A stretch of DNA of 64,000 nucleotides from assembly GCF_055900595.2 (NCBI RefSeq), contig NZ_CM148325.1. One strand, given 5' to 3'. A program made the position numbers and the translations under genes. A model generated the notes under the pieces. The model was not told where the DNA came from. It made no database searches and saw only the letters and a program-made list of their open reading frames with translations. Numbering within the stretch: the first letter of the stretch is position 1; every line of letters begins with the position of its first letter. This document shows, in pieces, positions 43,414-55,777 of the stretch.

Positions 43414-44648
43414 TCAAAACGCCATATTCAGTTTCCCGTAGTGGAACATCACGCCCAGCTTAAAGCGTTCCCGATTGCGGTATCCCCTGGCTTTTATCCT
43501 CAGCAGCCTGAGCTTACTGTTAAGCGCCTCCGCGTTTCCGTTTGAGACACGGTGTCGCATGGCATTCAGGATCCCATACAGCCTTTTTCCTATCGTTTTC
43601 GTGGCGTTTTTCATCATAGTAATGTCACTGTTGGCCGCCAGAGCCAGCAATCTCTCCCACTCATTACGTCTTTCCTCACTTCATGGCCTGTTCCAGATAT
43701 TCTTTGCCAGCTCTTTCAGCGCCCAGCACAGGCTTGTCAGCTTCATCTGTGCACGCAGCCATATCAGCTTTTCCTGCCTGGATTCGGTCATCCATTTATC
43801 GTTGTACTGCCACAGGAAGCGGGTCCCCTTTGCCTGACGCCGACTTTCAACAGGGAGGTGTGGATGTTCATCCTGACGGATTTTATCAACCACTTCACCA
43901 AGTTGCTTTGCTACATGGAAGCGGTCGAAGGCGATTTTCTCAACCGCACAGGGTAAGTGGATACGCGCTGCTCTTATACAGCCTGCATTCATGTCCATTG
44001 AGAGCGTTTTGATAGCCAGCAACTGCCCGTCAGTAAGCGTGCGAAGATAGCCGGCGAGGCTCTCTGTGCCACGATCGTCCGTTAAGGCCAGTGCACGACC
44101 ATCGCGATCGGAGATCACAGTTATATAACAATGTCCTTTTTTAAAGGCGACCTCATCCACATTCATATGACGGGCGGATAATGGCTTTTTTATCCGGGCA
44201 AGACCTCGCTTAACTGCCCGGGTCATAATGCCGTCAACCGCATTCCAGCTGAGCTTAAGTTGTTTCCTTACAGCATCAACAGTGCTGATTTTCAGCCATG
44301 AGAGAACGAGTCGAACAGCAGCGTATACCGCCTTCCGGGGCCAGCCCAGGGAACTAGCAACGTCTGGCAGCCATGCTCCGGGCACATAATGCGGGGCACA
44401 TCGGCTTCGACAATAGTGGTGAACTGGCAGATATCAAGATGACGCCATTTACGATGACGGTGATCGTGAACAGAACAGGATTTACCGCAGGTCGGACAGG
44501 CTAACCGGGCATTTTTAGCGATTCCAACTGTGACGGTAACAGAACCGGCGTTTTCATCGAGAGAAAGATATTTAACCTGCCATGGAGCGGTCAGGTTGAT
44601 AATATGAGCGTAGAGGGACCTTTCGTCCATGGCGGTGACCTTTGGCAA
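43414..44648 (-). pseudogene. ISL3-family transposase broken into three frames
   Basis: ORFs 44292-44648, 43681-44385 and 43414-43650 together resemble one ISL3 transposase. Confidence 0.7.
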
Positions 44649-44929
44649 TTAAAACACCATCATCATGCCTTCAGCCACCATAACAAGGGAAAACCCTGAT
44701 ATACGGCCTTAAAAAGATATTCCGTCTCCGGAACGGACTGCTCACCACTGAATAACATTATGCCTGTTTTATGTATCTTTGACTGAAATTTATCGCATAT
44801 CCTCATTTCATTGCCCGTATGAAAAGGTAAGCGAAAACCTACTGCCGTAGTAGCCATTGAGTAGTATTGGTAACATAGGTGCCAACATTTCAACTGATCT
44901 GCGCTAAGATCTTGGGTATTCTATGAAAA

Positions 44930-45700
44930 ATGTGGTAGTGCTTCCAATCAGTAGAACATGTTCTTTTCAATGACGGAACCGATGACTTTTTCGTTGATTT
45001 TCACGGAACGCGAGAAGCAGATTGTTTTACGTGCCAGCCGCTTGATGCGGGTGCGGAGGGGCAGGTTGTTAAGTTCAATAGGTTGCGTGAATATTTTACC
45101 GGTCAGGTATTTCTCCTTCGTCACTTCTCTGACGTTGCAGCCCCTGTCATTGCTGGTCACTATGCCGATATAGAACGAAGTCAACAGGGCTAACAGTTCC
45201 CGACAGGTCTCATCATTCCGTGGCCCGAAAGAATAAGCCAACACACCGCAGTTTTAGTGTTGTAAGCAGACCAGTGTTGTTGCGCCTTGCTGCCAACGAA
45301 ATTTAACTGCTCATCAAGTTTCAAAGATAAGGGCAACATCAGCGTGAACGACTGGCGTAGATGTTATCCGCCGGGGCGAAAACATTTTTAATGTCCGTAT
45401 GACGGTATTGATGCCGATTTTCAGTGTTCATGGGTATCACGGGCACCTGCGCCGTTATGTGCCATTTCAACGATCTGCTCCTTAACGCCGGGTTTCCTGA
45501 CTTCACCAAGAGTAAGTGAGCTGGAAAACATGTTTTACATGAGCGACAACGGAAACGCTCATCTCGGGAACGTGTTCTTAACGGTTAGACTGGCCCCCCT
45601 GAATCACCTGCAGTTGAAGGACAGTAACAGGTTAAGTGATAACAGATGTCTGGAAATATAGAGGTAAATCCAAGGAAGTGCCACTTTTCATCCGTTGTTG
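44930..45700 (-). mobile_element. Degenerate IS1-family remnant
   Basis: InsB-like C-terminal ORF 44948-45244 and IS1-like end at about 44930; no intact reading frames. Confidence 0.5.
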
Positions 45701-45938
45701 ACAATACAGCAAAACTTGATGCTATTCGTACGCCCACAATGGAATGTGGATTCAAACTGAATATTCCGTTTGTTGATATGAGTGATTTGGGCAACGGTGG
45801 CAACAAATAACTTTATACAGGAGCTGACGGTGTTTTCCTGATCATGCCGCCCATATTTTCTTCGGAGGTCGGGGACTTTCAATACCTTCCCCCGACACTC
45901 TATGACTTCACAAGATTGTCTCCATGACTGCTATGTGC

Positions 45939-46817
45939 CTACAGATGTTGCTCTCTGGTTGTTGTACTAGTCGGGAGATCCTGTGGATCGACATTTTCCT
46001 TCGCGTGAGCATTGATGCTGGAAGCGGTAAACGTCAGGATGAATACAACCGTGAATAAGATAACAATCGTTGGTGCTGGTGCGCTGTCTATAAAAAAGGA
46101 GAGCCATACACCAGTCATTGAGACCATTACCGATATACCGAGCGCCAGCAGGAGCGCAATATGAAAGCGTTGCGTCAGGAGTACCGCAATGGCGCCAGGC
46201 GCAATGAGCAGAGAAATGGAGAGAATGATACCTACCGCTTTCAGCGTCGCCACAATGGTCAGAGAGACCATGCACAGCAGCCCATAATGCAGCCATCTCG
46301 TATGCAAACCGCTTACCTGCGCCTGTTGATAATCAAAGCTGAACAGCAAAAAATCCCGCCATTTTACGCTAATAACAAGTGTAACCAGCCCGGCAATAAT
46401 CACCGTCTGGATTATATCGCCGATGGTTACCCCGAGCATGTCGCCGAAAAGAATATGGTCAAGATGTACGTCGGGTTTGACTGCAATATACAAGATCAGA
46501 CCTGCGGCAAACATGCCAGAAAAAACAATCCCCATCACTGAATCTTGCTTGATTCGGCTGTTGTCTTTCAGGTATCCCGTCGCCACCGCGCAGAATACTC
46601 CGGCGACGAATGCTCCTCCCGCCAGAGGAAAACCCAGTATCCACGCAAGCACGATACCAGGAAAAACCGCATGACTCATCGCGTCTCCCATCAGTGCCCA
46701 ACCTTTCAGGACCAGAAAGACCGACAGCAGCGCACAGGGTATGGAAACTACCAGTGAAATCAGCAGTGCGTGACTCATAAAGGTGAACTGCAGTGGCTCC
46801 AGTAATAATGCCATCAT
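45939..46817 (-). CDS. sitD: Mn/Fe ABC transporter permease SitD
   Basis: 292-aa permease, last gene of a four-gene operon. Confidence 0.85.
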   Translation of the reverse strand: MMALLLEPLQFTFMSHALLISLVVSIPCALLSVFLVLKGWALMGDAMSHAVFPGIVLAWILGFPLAGGAFVAGVFCAVATGYLKDNSRIKQDSVMGIVFSGMFAAGLILYIAVKPDVHLDHILFGDMLGVTIGDIIQTVIIAGLVTLVISVKWRDFLLFSFDYQQAQVSGLHTRWLHYGLLCMVSLTIVATLKAVGIILSISLLIAPGAIAVLLTQRFHIALLLALGISVMVSMTGVWLSFFIDSAPAPTIVILFTVVFILTFTASSINAHAKENVDPQDLPTSTTTREQHL

Positions 46818-47671
46818 GAGCGATCCTCCAGCACCTTATGCGCACGCTGACGATTTGCCAAAAGCCCATGGGTGGGTGCAAAGACAAATGCTAAAAGAAA
46901 CAGCAGTGTCTGCGCCACCACGATGATTCCACCTGTCGCTCCGTCCAGAAAGTAACTGACCCACGCGCCGAGGAAACTGGTTACACTGCCAATAGTTACA
47001 GCAATCACGAGCAGGCGGGGAAAACGATCGGTTAACAACCATGCTGTTGCGCCAGGGGTCACTACCAGACAGATCACCAGAAAAGCCCCAACCGTTTGCA
47101 ATGCTGCAACGGTCGATACCGCCAGCAGTGTGAAGAAGAGGATTTTTAATCTTCCTGGATATAATCCAATAGCACGGGCGTGATTCTCGTCGAAAAAGGT
47201 CACCATAAGATCTTTCCATTTGAAAAAGAGCACTATGACTGAGACAATGCCAATGATAGTGAGTTGCAGGATATCCGCCGGAGCGATTGCCAGAATATTG
47301 CCCAGGACGATGGTCTGAATATTTACGGATGTCGGGTTTAATGACACCATAAACAGCCCCAGGCCAAAAAAGGACGAGAAGATCAGGCCGATGATGGCAT
47401 CTTCTTTTAAGCGAGTGCGTTGGTTAAGAAACAGCATGCTGCCCGCAGCCAGTCCACCGGAAAAGAAGGCCCCCAGAGAAAACGGAAGCCCCAGCATATA
47501 TGCCCCCGCAACACCCGGGACGATAGAGTGCGACAGCGCATCGCCAATCAGCGACCAGCCTTTTAGCATCAGATAGCATGACAGGAAAGCGCAGAGACCG
47601 CCGACCATCGCCGCGACCCACATCGCATTGAGCATATATTCATAGCTGAAGGGTTCCAGTAGCACGTTCAT
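46814..47671 (-). CDS. sitC: Mn/Fe ABC transporter permease SitC
   Basis: 285-aa permease; 4-bp overlaps with both neighbours. Confidence 0.85.
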   Translation of the reverse strand: MNVLLEPFSYEYMLNAMWVAAMVGGLCAFLSCYLMLKGWSLIGDALSHSIVPGVAGAYMLGLPFSLGAFFSGGLAAGSMLFLNQRTRLKEDAIIGLIFSSFFGLGLFMVSLNPTSVNIQTIVLGNILAIAPADILQLTIIGIVSVIVLFFKWKDLMVTFFDENHARAIGLYPGRLKILFFTLLAVSTVAALQTVGAFLVICLVVTPGATAWLLTDRFPRLLVIAVTIGSVTSFLGAWVSYFLDGATGGIIVVAQTLLFLLAFVFAPTHGLLANRQRAHKVLEDRS

Positions 47672-48495
47672 CTTTCTTCCCTCTGCACCGCTGATGGTCG
47701 ATAAGCCACAAAGGGGCGTTCATCGTCAGTAATAATGCTTTCTTCCGAGCCTTTAAGTGTGACATGGCGTAGTACGCCGCTAAAAGCCAGCTCCAGGTTC
47801 TCGGCTGTAAAAGTGGTGTCTGTCGGCCCGCTTGCCAGGACGGTGCCTTTGACCATGACCGTATAATCGCAAAATGTCGTGACGGATCCGAGATTGTGCG
47901 TTGAGACAAGCATCGTTTTGCCTTCCGCGCGTAACTCCCTCAACAGGCTGATGATTTTGGCTTCGGTTTTCACATCAACGCCGGTAAAAGGTTCATCCAG
48001 CAGGATCACATCACCCTGCTGTGCAATCGCTCTCGCCAGAAAGACGCGTTTCTTTTGTCCACCGGAAAGCTCGCCGATTTGTCGATGGCGAAAATCTACC
48101 ATATCGACACGTTCCAGCGCATCGGTGACAACCTGACGATCCCTCTTATTGGCTATACGCAACATACCCATATGCCCATAGCGGCCCATCATCACCACAT
48201 CTTCCACCAGTACAGGAAAGGACCAGTCCACTTCTTCTGACTGCGGGACGTAGGCAATCAGGTTTTTCTGCAGAGCCTGCCGCGTGGGAATACCCAGAAC
48301 AGATATCTTTCCGGTAGTCAGACGCACGAATCCCATAATCGCTTTAAATAACGTCGATTTTCCGGAACCGTTTACCCCAACCAGAGCGGCAATAGATCCG
48401 CCTGGTACTGTGAAGGATGCATCGCGCAGTGCTGTGTGCCCGTTACGCCAGGTGACAGTAACGCCATTAACGACAATACCCGCAGATTGCATCAT
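47668..48495 (-). CDS. sitB: Mn/Fe ABC transporter ATP-binding protein SitB
   Basis: Walker [10 protein letters not shown] and LSGGQKKR signature. Confidence 0.9.
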   Translation of the reverse strand: MMQSAGIVVNGVTVTWRNGHTALRDASFTVPGGSIAALVGVNGSGKSTLFKAIMGFVRLTTGKISVLGIPTRQALQKNLIAYVPQSEEVDWSFPVLVEDVVMMGRYGHMGMLRIANKRDRQVVTDALERVDMVDFRHRQIGELSGGQKKRVFLARAIAQQGDVILLDEPFTGVDVKTEAKIISLLRELRAEGKTMLVSTHNLGSVTTFCDYTVMVKGTVLASGPTDTTFTAENLELAFSGVLRHVTLKGSEESIITDDERPFVAYRPSAVQREER

Positions 48496-49409
48496 TACTT
48501 CTCCCTTTTCCCGGCTTTAATTCCCTGCACCAGCGTACTGGTAGTAACCTTCAGAAGGTCGATATACGTAGGTACCGGGCCGTTTTCTGTGCTCAGGGAA
48601 TCGACATAGAGCACACCGCCGTAGTGTGCGCCGGTTTCACGCGCAACCTGACGCGCTGGTTTATCGGAAACCGTACTCTCACTAAATACCGCTGGGATAT
48701 TATTTTTCTTCACTATATCAACCACTTTACGTACCTGCTGGGGTGTTCCTTGTTGATCGGCATTTATCGGCCACAGATAAAGCTCTTTTAGCCCCAAATC
48801 GCGTGCGAGATAAGAAAAAGCCCCTTCACTGGTGACCATCCATCTTTTATTCTCAGGGAGTTCAGCAATCTGCTTACGCAGGGGGGCAAGGGTTTGGGTA
48901 ATCTTGGCTTTATAAGTATCGGCATTACGTTGGTATGTTTTTGCATTTGCCGGATCGTATTTTATCAACGCATCACGAATATTATCGACGTAAATCAAAG
49001 CATTATCTGGCGACATCCAGGCATGAGGGTTAGGTTTTCCCTCGTAGGGGCCTTCGGTGATCCCTACTGGCGTCACACCCGAAGAGACAATCACTTCTGG
49101 AACACCATTGAGATGCTGGTAAAAGCGCTGGAACCACAATTCCAGATTCATTCCATTGGCGAGAATCAGTTGTGCCCCCTGCGCACGTTTAATATCGCCA
49201 GGGGTAGGCTGATACTCATGAATTTCCGCACCGGGCTTGGTTATGGATGAGACTTCTGCAACATCTCCAGCCACGTTTTTGGCCATATCTGCGATGATGG
49301 TAAATGTTGTAATGACCTTGAATTTTTCAGTTGCACTCGCCTGAAATGCGATCGAGCAGGTGAGGGCGAGGAACCCCAAGAGCATGGTTAATTTTTTTAT
49401 TGAGTGCAT
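48495..49409 (-). CDS. sitA: Mn/Fe ABC transporter periplasmic binding protein SitA
   Basis: 304 aa with signal peptide; TroA/PsaA-type metal-binding family. Confidence 0.9.
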   Translation of the reverse strand: MHSIKKLTMLLGFLALTCSIAFQASATEKFKVITTFTIIADMAKNVAGDVAEVSSITKPGAEIHEYQPTPGDIKRAQGAQLILANGMNLELWFQRFYQHLNGVPEVIVSSGVTPVGITEGPYEGKPNPHAWMSPDNALIYVDNIRDALIKYDPANAKTYQRNADTYKAKITQTLAPLRKQIAELPENKRWMVTSEGAFSYLARDLGLKELYLWPINADQQGTPQQVRKVVDIVKKNNIPAVFSESTVSDKPARQVARETGAHYGGVLYVDSLSTENGPVPTYIDLLKVTTSTLVQGIKAGKREK

Positions 49410-49643
49410 AATTCAGTACCTATAGTGAGCAAAATTAGAACAAACATAGCAACGGCTATGTTTTATAGCATAATCTATACAAATGCAAATGGTTATCATT
49501 AATGTATTTGTTTGTAAGTGATGAGATGCTCTTCCTCTCCTTCACGACAGCCTTCAATTACGCCATGATGGATAAACTGTAACCATAAAAGGAGAAATGT
49601 ACTGAACACATCCTGCCCTGTTAAGAGAGGTGCACTGTGATGG

Positions 49644-50790
49644 ATGAAGGGTAAAATTGTCTGCTGTGGAGCCTCTCAGATTTCCGGCATCATAGTGCCC
49701 AATACGGGATGCAAAAGCGCCCTCAGACTGGCGACTCCACAAATGAAATATACACCGGTTGGCGTTGATATCGCAAAGTATCTGATTCAGGTTCACTTCA
49801 TCAATGAGTACACGGGCGAAGTGGTGGACAAGCAGCTACGTAGCAAGGATTTTCTGACGTTCTTCAGCAACCGGGAACCCTGTCTGATAGGTATGGAGGC
49901 TTGTGGAGGCTCCCAACATTGGGCGAGGGAACTGGAAAAAACTGGGACACAAAGTTCGGCTGTTGCAAGCTCGCTTCGTTAAAGCATTCGTCATGGGCAA
50001 CAAAAATGATGTGATGGATGCGCGTGCTATCTGGATGGCGGTACAGCAGCCCAGTAAAGATATCGCTGTTAAAACGGAAGAGAAGCAGTCAGTTCTGGTC
50101 CTGCACCGTTCGCGCAGACAACTGGTGAAGTTCAGAACCTCGCATATTAATACCCTTGGCACGCTCCTCGAGTTTGGTGAAATCCTCCACAAAGATCGGA
50201 CAGCGATGGACAGAAAGCTACCGACAGCCCTAGAGCGAATGAAGACGAACCTGCCGCCGTATCTCATCACTGTGCTTGAATACCAGTACAACAGACTGAG
50301 TGAGCTGGGCATGCAGATAGATGGCCTTGATAAACAGATTAACAGCGTGGCACGGCAGAGCGAAAACTGTAAGCGCCTAATGGAAATCCCCGGTGTGGGG
50401 CCGTTAATCGCTACGGCGGTGGTCGCCACCATGGGCGAGGCCTCAGCATTTAAATCCGGACGTGAGTTTGACGCTTATGTCTGTCTGGTGCCGAAGCAGA
50501 CGGGGTCCGCTGGGAAGGTTCGCATGCTGGGGATAAGCAAACGTGGGGATACCTACCACCGGACATTATTTATCCATGGGGCAAGGGCGGCAGCATTGCT
50601 GACCAAAGAACCCGGCCCATGGATCACGGAGCTGAAAAAACGGCAGCCGACAGGTGTAATGCCGATCAGTTTAGGAGCAGTTGACCGATCCAGGGTCTGT
50701 TTAAGAATCCTGAAACGCTCACTCGTTTCCGGATTTTTGTGCACAGAAAACCCCCAGCTAGGCTGGGGGCCGGAAAGCTTTCAGCTTTGA
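49644..50790 (+). pseudogene. IS110-family transposase split into two frames
   Basis: ORFs 49644-49982 and 49903-50790 together resemble an IS110/IS1111-type transposase. Confidence 0.65.
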
Positions 50791-50879
50791 GCCAGTTATT
50801 AAAACCCCTTTTGATTTGTTAAAACACCTTGCGGTCTGGCAACTGCAAGTGTCAAACAAGAAATCAAAAGGGGGTCCCA

Positions 50880-51119
50880 ATGGGGAACGAAAAGAGCTTA
50901 GCGCATACCCGATGGAACTGTAAATATCACATAGTTTTTGCGCCAAAATACCGAAGAAAAGTGTTCTACAGAGAGAAGCGTAAAGCAACAGGCAGTATTT
51001 TGAGAAAGCTGTGTGAGTGGAAAAGTGTACGGATTCTTGAAGCTGAGTGCTGTGCAGATCATATCCATATGCTTGTGGAGATCCCGCCCAAAATGAGCGT
51101 ATCCGGCTTTATGGGATAG
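50880..51119 (+). pseudogene. IS200 TnpA (Y1 transposase) truncated at its 3' end by the IS256-like insertion
   Basis: MGNEKSLAHTRWNCKYHIVFAPKYRRKVFY... matches IS200 TnpA; the frame ends at the junction with IS256-derived sequence near 51120. Confidence 0.8.
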
Positions 51120-51850
51120 ACGGCATTAATCGCTTCCGGGAAGCCTTTCAGGCCGTCCACGAAGGCGATAAGGATATCGTTCAGGCCGCGATTTTTCAGT
51201 TCCGTCAGTACATTCAGCCAGAACTTTGCACCTTCATTTTCGGCCAGCCACATATCCAGCAGCTCTTTCTGACCGTCGGTATTGATGCCCAGCGCGAGGA
51301 ACACCGCTTTGTTAATGACACTCCCGCTGTGACGAACCTTAACCACAATACAGTCAAGATAAACAATGGGATACAGTGCATCCAACGGTCGGTTTTGCCA
51401 TTCAGAGACCTGTTCTTTAACCGCATCGGTCACTTTGGATATCAGCGTGGGCGAGACATCGGCGTCGTACATTTCTTTGAAGGCTGAGGTAATTTCGCGG
51501 GTAGTCATCCCTCTGGCATACAGCGCCAGGATCTGGTTGTCCATGCCGGTAATGCGGGTCTGATTTTTCTTCACCAGTTGTGGTTCGAAGGAACCATCAC
51601 GATCAGGTGGAGTACGTAATTCCATCGGCCCGTCGGTAGTGGTGACGGTTTTCGTGGAATAGCCATTACGGAAGTTGGTTCCCGATTTGGTCTGATTTTT
51701 TTCATGTCCCAGATGGTGAGTCAGTTCAGCGTTGAGAGCTGCCTCAACACTTATTTTCTTGAGCAGGCGATCGAACTGACTGAGATCTTCAGGGGTTTTG
51801 AGATTTTTGGCCAGTTCGTTAGCCAGAGCCTGCAATTGTGTGTCGTCCAT
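51059..51850 (-). pseudogene. IS256-family transposase, truncated copy
   Basis: 263 aa; 3' portion missing; 5' portion differs from the copy at 30426 while the rest is identical. Confidence 0.75.
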
Positions 51851-52139
51851 AATTTAGCTTTCATTTGATGTTGAATTGAACATATCAAAATCAGGCAATT
51901 ACATAAATCTATGTACAGGCTCAATGCCGGCGCTGGTATTGTAGAAATCAATCCTGCCCCTGATGTCGGAGATACTCTCGTTAACCTTCCTGATTGTATC
52001 CTCTGCTCAGTCAATGGGTTGCCAATGGGGGCACCCTTTCCTGACTGATTCGTCATTTCATTCTTATTGTATGTTACTGGCATTACACCAGTGCTGGCAT
52101 ACTTTCCTGCGTGTCTGCACCGGTTTGACAAAATTCAAC

Positions 52140-52500
52140 AGGGATAAAATAGTGCAGGAAACTGAAGCATTACTTGCAGAGCCGGGAGACATCCGGCGTT
52201 TTATTCAACAGGCAGTGGATCACTGGCCGCATTTTCTGATTGTCCACTTCACACACAATTCGACAGAAGGAAACATCAACGGACAACAGATTCATGCATT
52301 CTGAACTTCCTTTTATGAACGTATTACTGAACGTAATCACACTGACAGTCCATCCTCGCCGGTGGTATTACGCTGGTTGCGTGAACAACATGAAGGAACA
52401 ACAATACCTGTTGCTGCTCAGCCATGTGGTGGCATGCAGCGGCACTTTAAGCAGCACAGGGCACTTTGAACTGCTCCGGGAATCCTGGAGACTAAACTCC
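52140..52500 (+). pseudogene. Degraded copy of the YfjJ/Gp2-like gene seen at 23172-23720
   Basis: Broken frames translate to ...IRRFIQQAVDHWP...EGNINGQQIHAF, matching the gene at 23172. Confidence 0.6.
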
Positions 52501-52770
52501 CTGAGAAAGAGGTAAACAGGATGAGTATGATTCACAATTGGGGTAATTTGTTCCATTGCCTCAAATGCTGGCTGTACGCCACAGACTCTGCGTGTCTGGG
52601 TTAGCCAGTATGAGCGGGATACAGGGGCGCTTCACACATAACATTCCTTCTAATTTGCATAATTAATTACACTGATAGTCACATTCAATAACTATCATAA
52701 GCTATCATCTGGCTGACTGTTATTTCGCAACAGTTATTGAGTAAATCTTTAACCTGTTAACAGAGGGTTT

Positions 52771-53295
52771 ATGAAACGTAAACTTATTGCCTTTGTGATT
52801 CTGGCTACATCATCCTGTGGATATGCAGCCACCAAAGATGTAACAATGAATCTTGTTGATAGTGACGGAAAAGAGCGAAATATTGGTAAAATAACCATCC
52901 AGAAGACACCCTACGGGCTGCTGTTCACCCCTGATCTTCACTCCTTACCCGCCGGCATTCATGGTTTTCATGTACATGAAAACGCAAGTTGTGCTCCTGC
53001 CCTGAAAGATGGAAAAACTGTCGCTGCTTTATCTGCAGGTGGTCACTTTGACCCGGAAAAAACAGGGAAGCATCTCGGTCCATGGTCTCCTGATGGCCAC
53101 CTAGGTGATCTCCCTGCGCTTTATGTCACTCATGACGGAAAAGCAACCTACCCGGTGCTTGCGCCAAGACTATCTGAATTAAAGGAGCTCGATGGCCGTT
53201 CGCTAATGCTCCACGCAGGAGGTGATAATCATGATGACCATCCTGAACCTCTAGGTGGCGGTGGTGCAAGAATTGCCTGTGGTATCATCCCATAA
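52771..53295 (+). CDS. sodC: Periplasmic Cu/Zn superoxide dismutase (horizontally acquired SodC paralog)
   Basis: 174 aa with signal peptide and Cu/Zn SOD motifs ([24 protein letters not shown]); clearly diverged from K-12 SodC as remembered. Confidence 0.85.
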   Translation: MKRKLIAFVILATSSCGYAATKDVTMNLVDSDGKERNIGKITIQKTPYGLLFTPDLHSLPAGIHGFHVHENASCAPALKDGKTVAALSAGGHFDPEKTGKHLGPWSPDGHLGDLPALYVTHDGKATYPVLAPRLSELKELDGRSLMLHAGGDNHDDHPEPLGGGGARIACGIIP

Positions 53296-53423
53296 TCAAT
53301 CAGGTAAGGGATATCCTCCCTTACCCTTAATCTTCCCTGGCGGCATGTGCATATCTTTCAGTTACTGTGAGATACCTGTATTACGGTGTCTTTTTAGCTC
53401 ACAGAAATATCAGACAGCCCGTT

Positions 53424-53648
53424 TCAGTGTTTTATTACCTTAATCTTTTTACGGCATTCTTCAGCTCTTGCGCATGCTATTTTTTCACCTGTTTCATAAC
53501 ATTGCTGGCAGCCTAATCCAAATTTCATCGCCATATCATAACCTTCCCGAAAACCTCGGAACCACGCGTTACGAAGGTATTCATCATATTCCCCGTAGTC
53601 AATAATAACCATTTTATTTTCATGGGATTTTCCGGTATTCTCACTCAT
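53424..53648 (-). CDS. Small hypothetical Cys-containing protein (74 aa)
   Basis: Start at ATG 53646-53648 with GAGGT upstream; the track ORF extends to 53783; AT-rich region. Confidence 0.35.
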   Translation of the reverse strand: MSENTGKSHENKMVIIDYGEYDEYLRNAWFRGFREGYDMAMKFGLGCQQCYETGEKIACARAEECRKKIKVIKH

Positions 53649-54489
53649 TTTCGATACCTCAATGCTTACAACAGAAAAGTATACTTTTACGAAGTTCGCC
53701 TTTGCAGGACTATATAAAGTTATCACTGGATGCAAGAGCCGGAAATCATGTATATCAGGATCAACTTTGTAATTCAATAACATATTATCCAGTGAAAAAG
53801 TAAGTATATTTAAGCTGGGGAAGGAGAAGGGGGACTTAATTTGATATTTTCATCAATAATATTATTTTACCTCCTCCATTATTCATTCAGGCCTGGTTCC
53901 GGGCGTAATTCCGATTTCTCTGTTGAAGCGATGCATTTATATTTAAATATTCACCTGTCATTGAATTTTATTTGAAATAGGAGAAAATCTCCTCCTGTAC
54001 TACAGATAACCCGGAATGTTCCTCGAAAGAAAATTCTGGCGCAGAATTCACGCCCGGTTCTGTTCAACATCATGCAGGATAACGATACCGAAACGTTAAA
54101 CTCTGGCAATTCTCGTGTTATACACAGGCAGGAGTGATTACTACGGTAAGAATTGCTGAAAAGGGGAGAACACTGAAGGCCTTATTCGCGAAGAATAAAG
54201 GAGACATTTCATGTAAATTATTATCAGAGATAACCTTCTCCAGGCGCTTTTGTTCGCTTCCTGAATTGCTACCTGATACATATTTACGGGATGCCAGCCT
54301 GGTGACTATAACTCCGAAAAGACCGATTATTGTATTGCGTGCATCCGGCATGTTTACAATGTACGCTGGTATCTAACGGAGTCTGACACAGATGCACGCA
54401 GGTGTATATTTTAACGTAATTATCCGGAAGGAACAGTATATTTTAATGCGGGAGTTGCATGAGCGGTATACGGGAGAAACTATCAGACC

Positions 54490-55250
<761 letters not shown>

Positions 55251-55777
55251 CTAACGATGAGAAACCCAACAATCCCATCGGGTGTGACGGTGGAGTGATC
55301 CTACCCACGTAATGTGGACACGGCCCTAAGCGAGATTATGGTTTTCAAATTGTTCCGGGCTGAGACCGCCACAGGCACTGTGACGACGCCAGCGATTGTA
55401 ATCACACTCGATATAATTAAACACCGTTGCCCGCATTATTTCCCGGCTGCTAAAGCGTTCCCCGTGGATACATTCCACCTTCAGCGAATGAAAGAAGCTT
55501 TCCACACAGGCATTGTCATAACAGTAGCCTTTCGCACTCATACTGCCACGCAGGTTGTGTCGCTTCAGCAGCGCCTGATAATCCCCTGAACAGTATTGAC
55601 CACCACGGTCCGTATGAGCAATGACGCTTTCCGGGCGTCTTCTCCGCCACAACGCCATTTGCCGTGCATCACAGGCCAGTTGTGCTGTCATTCGCGGTGA
55701 CATCGACCAGCCAATGACGGCGCGTGACCACAGGTCGATGACTACTGTGAGATACAACCAGCCCTCATCGGTACGCA

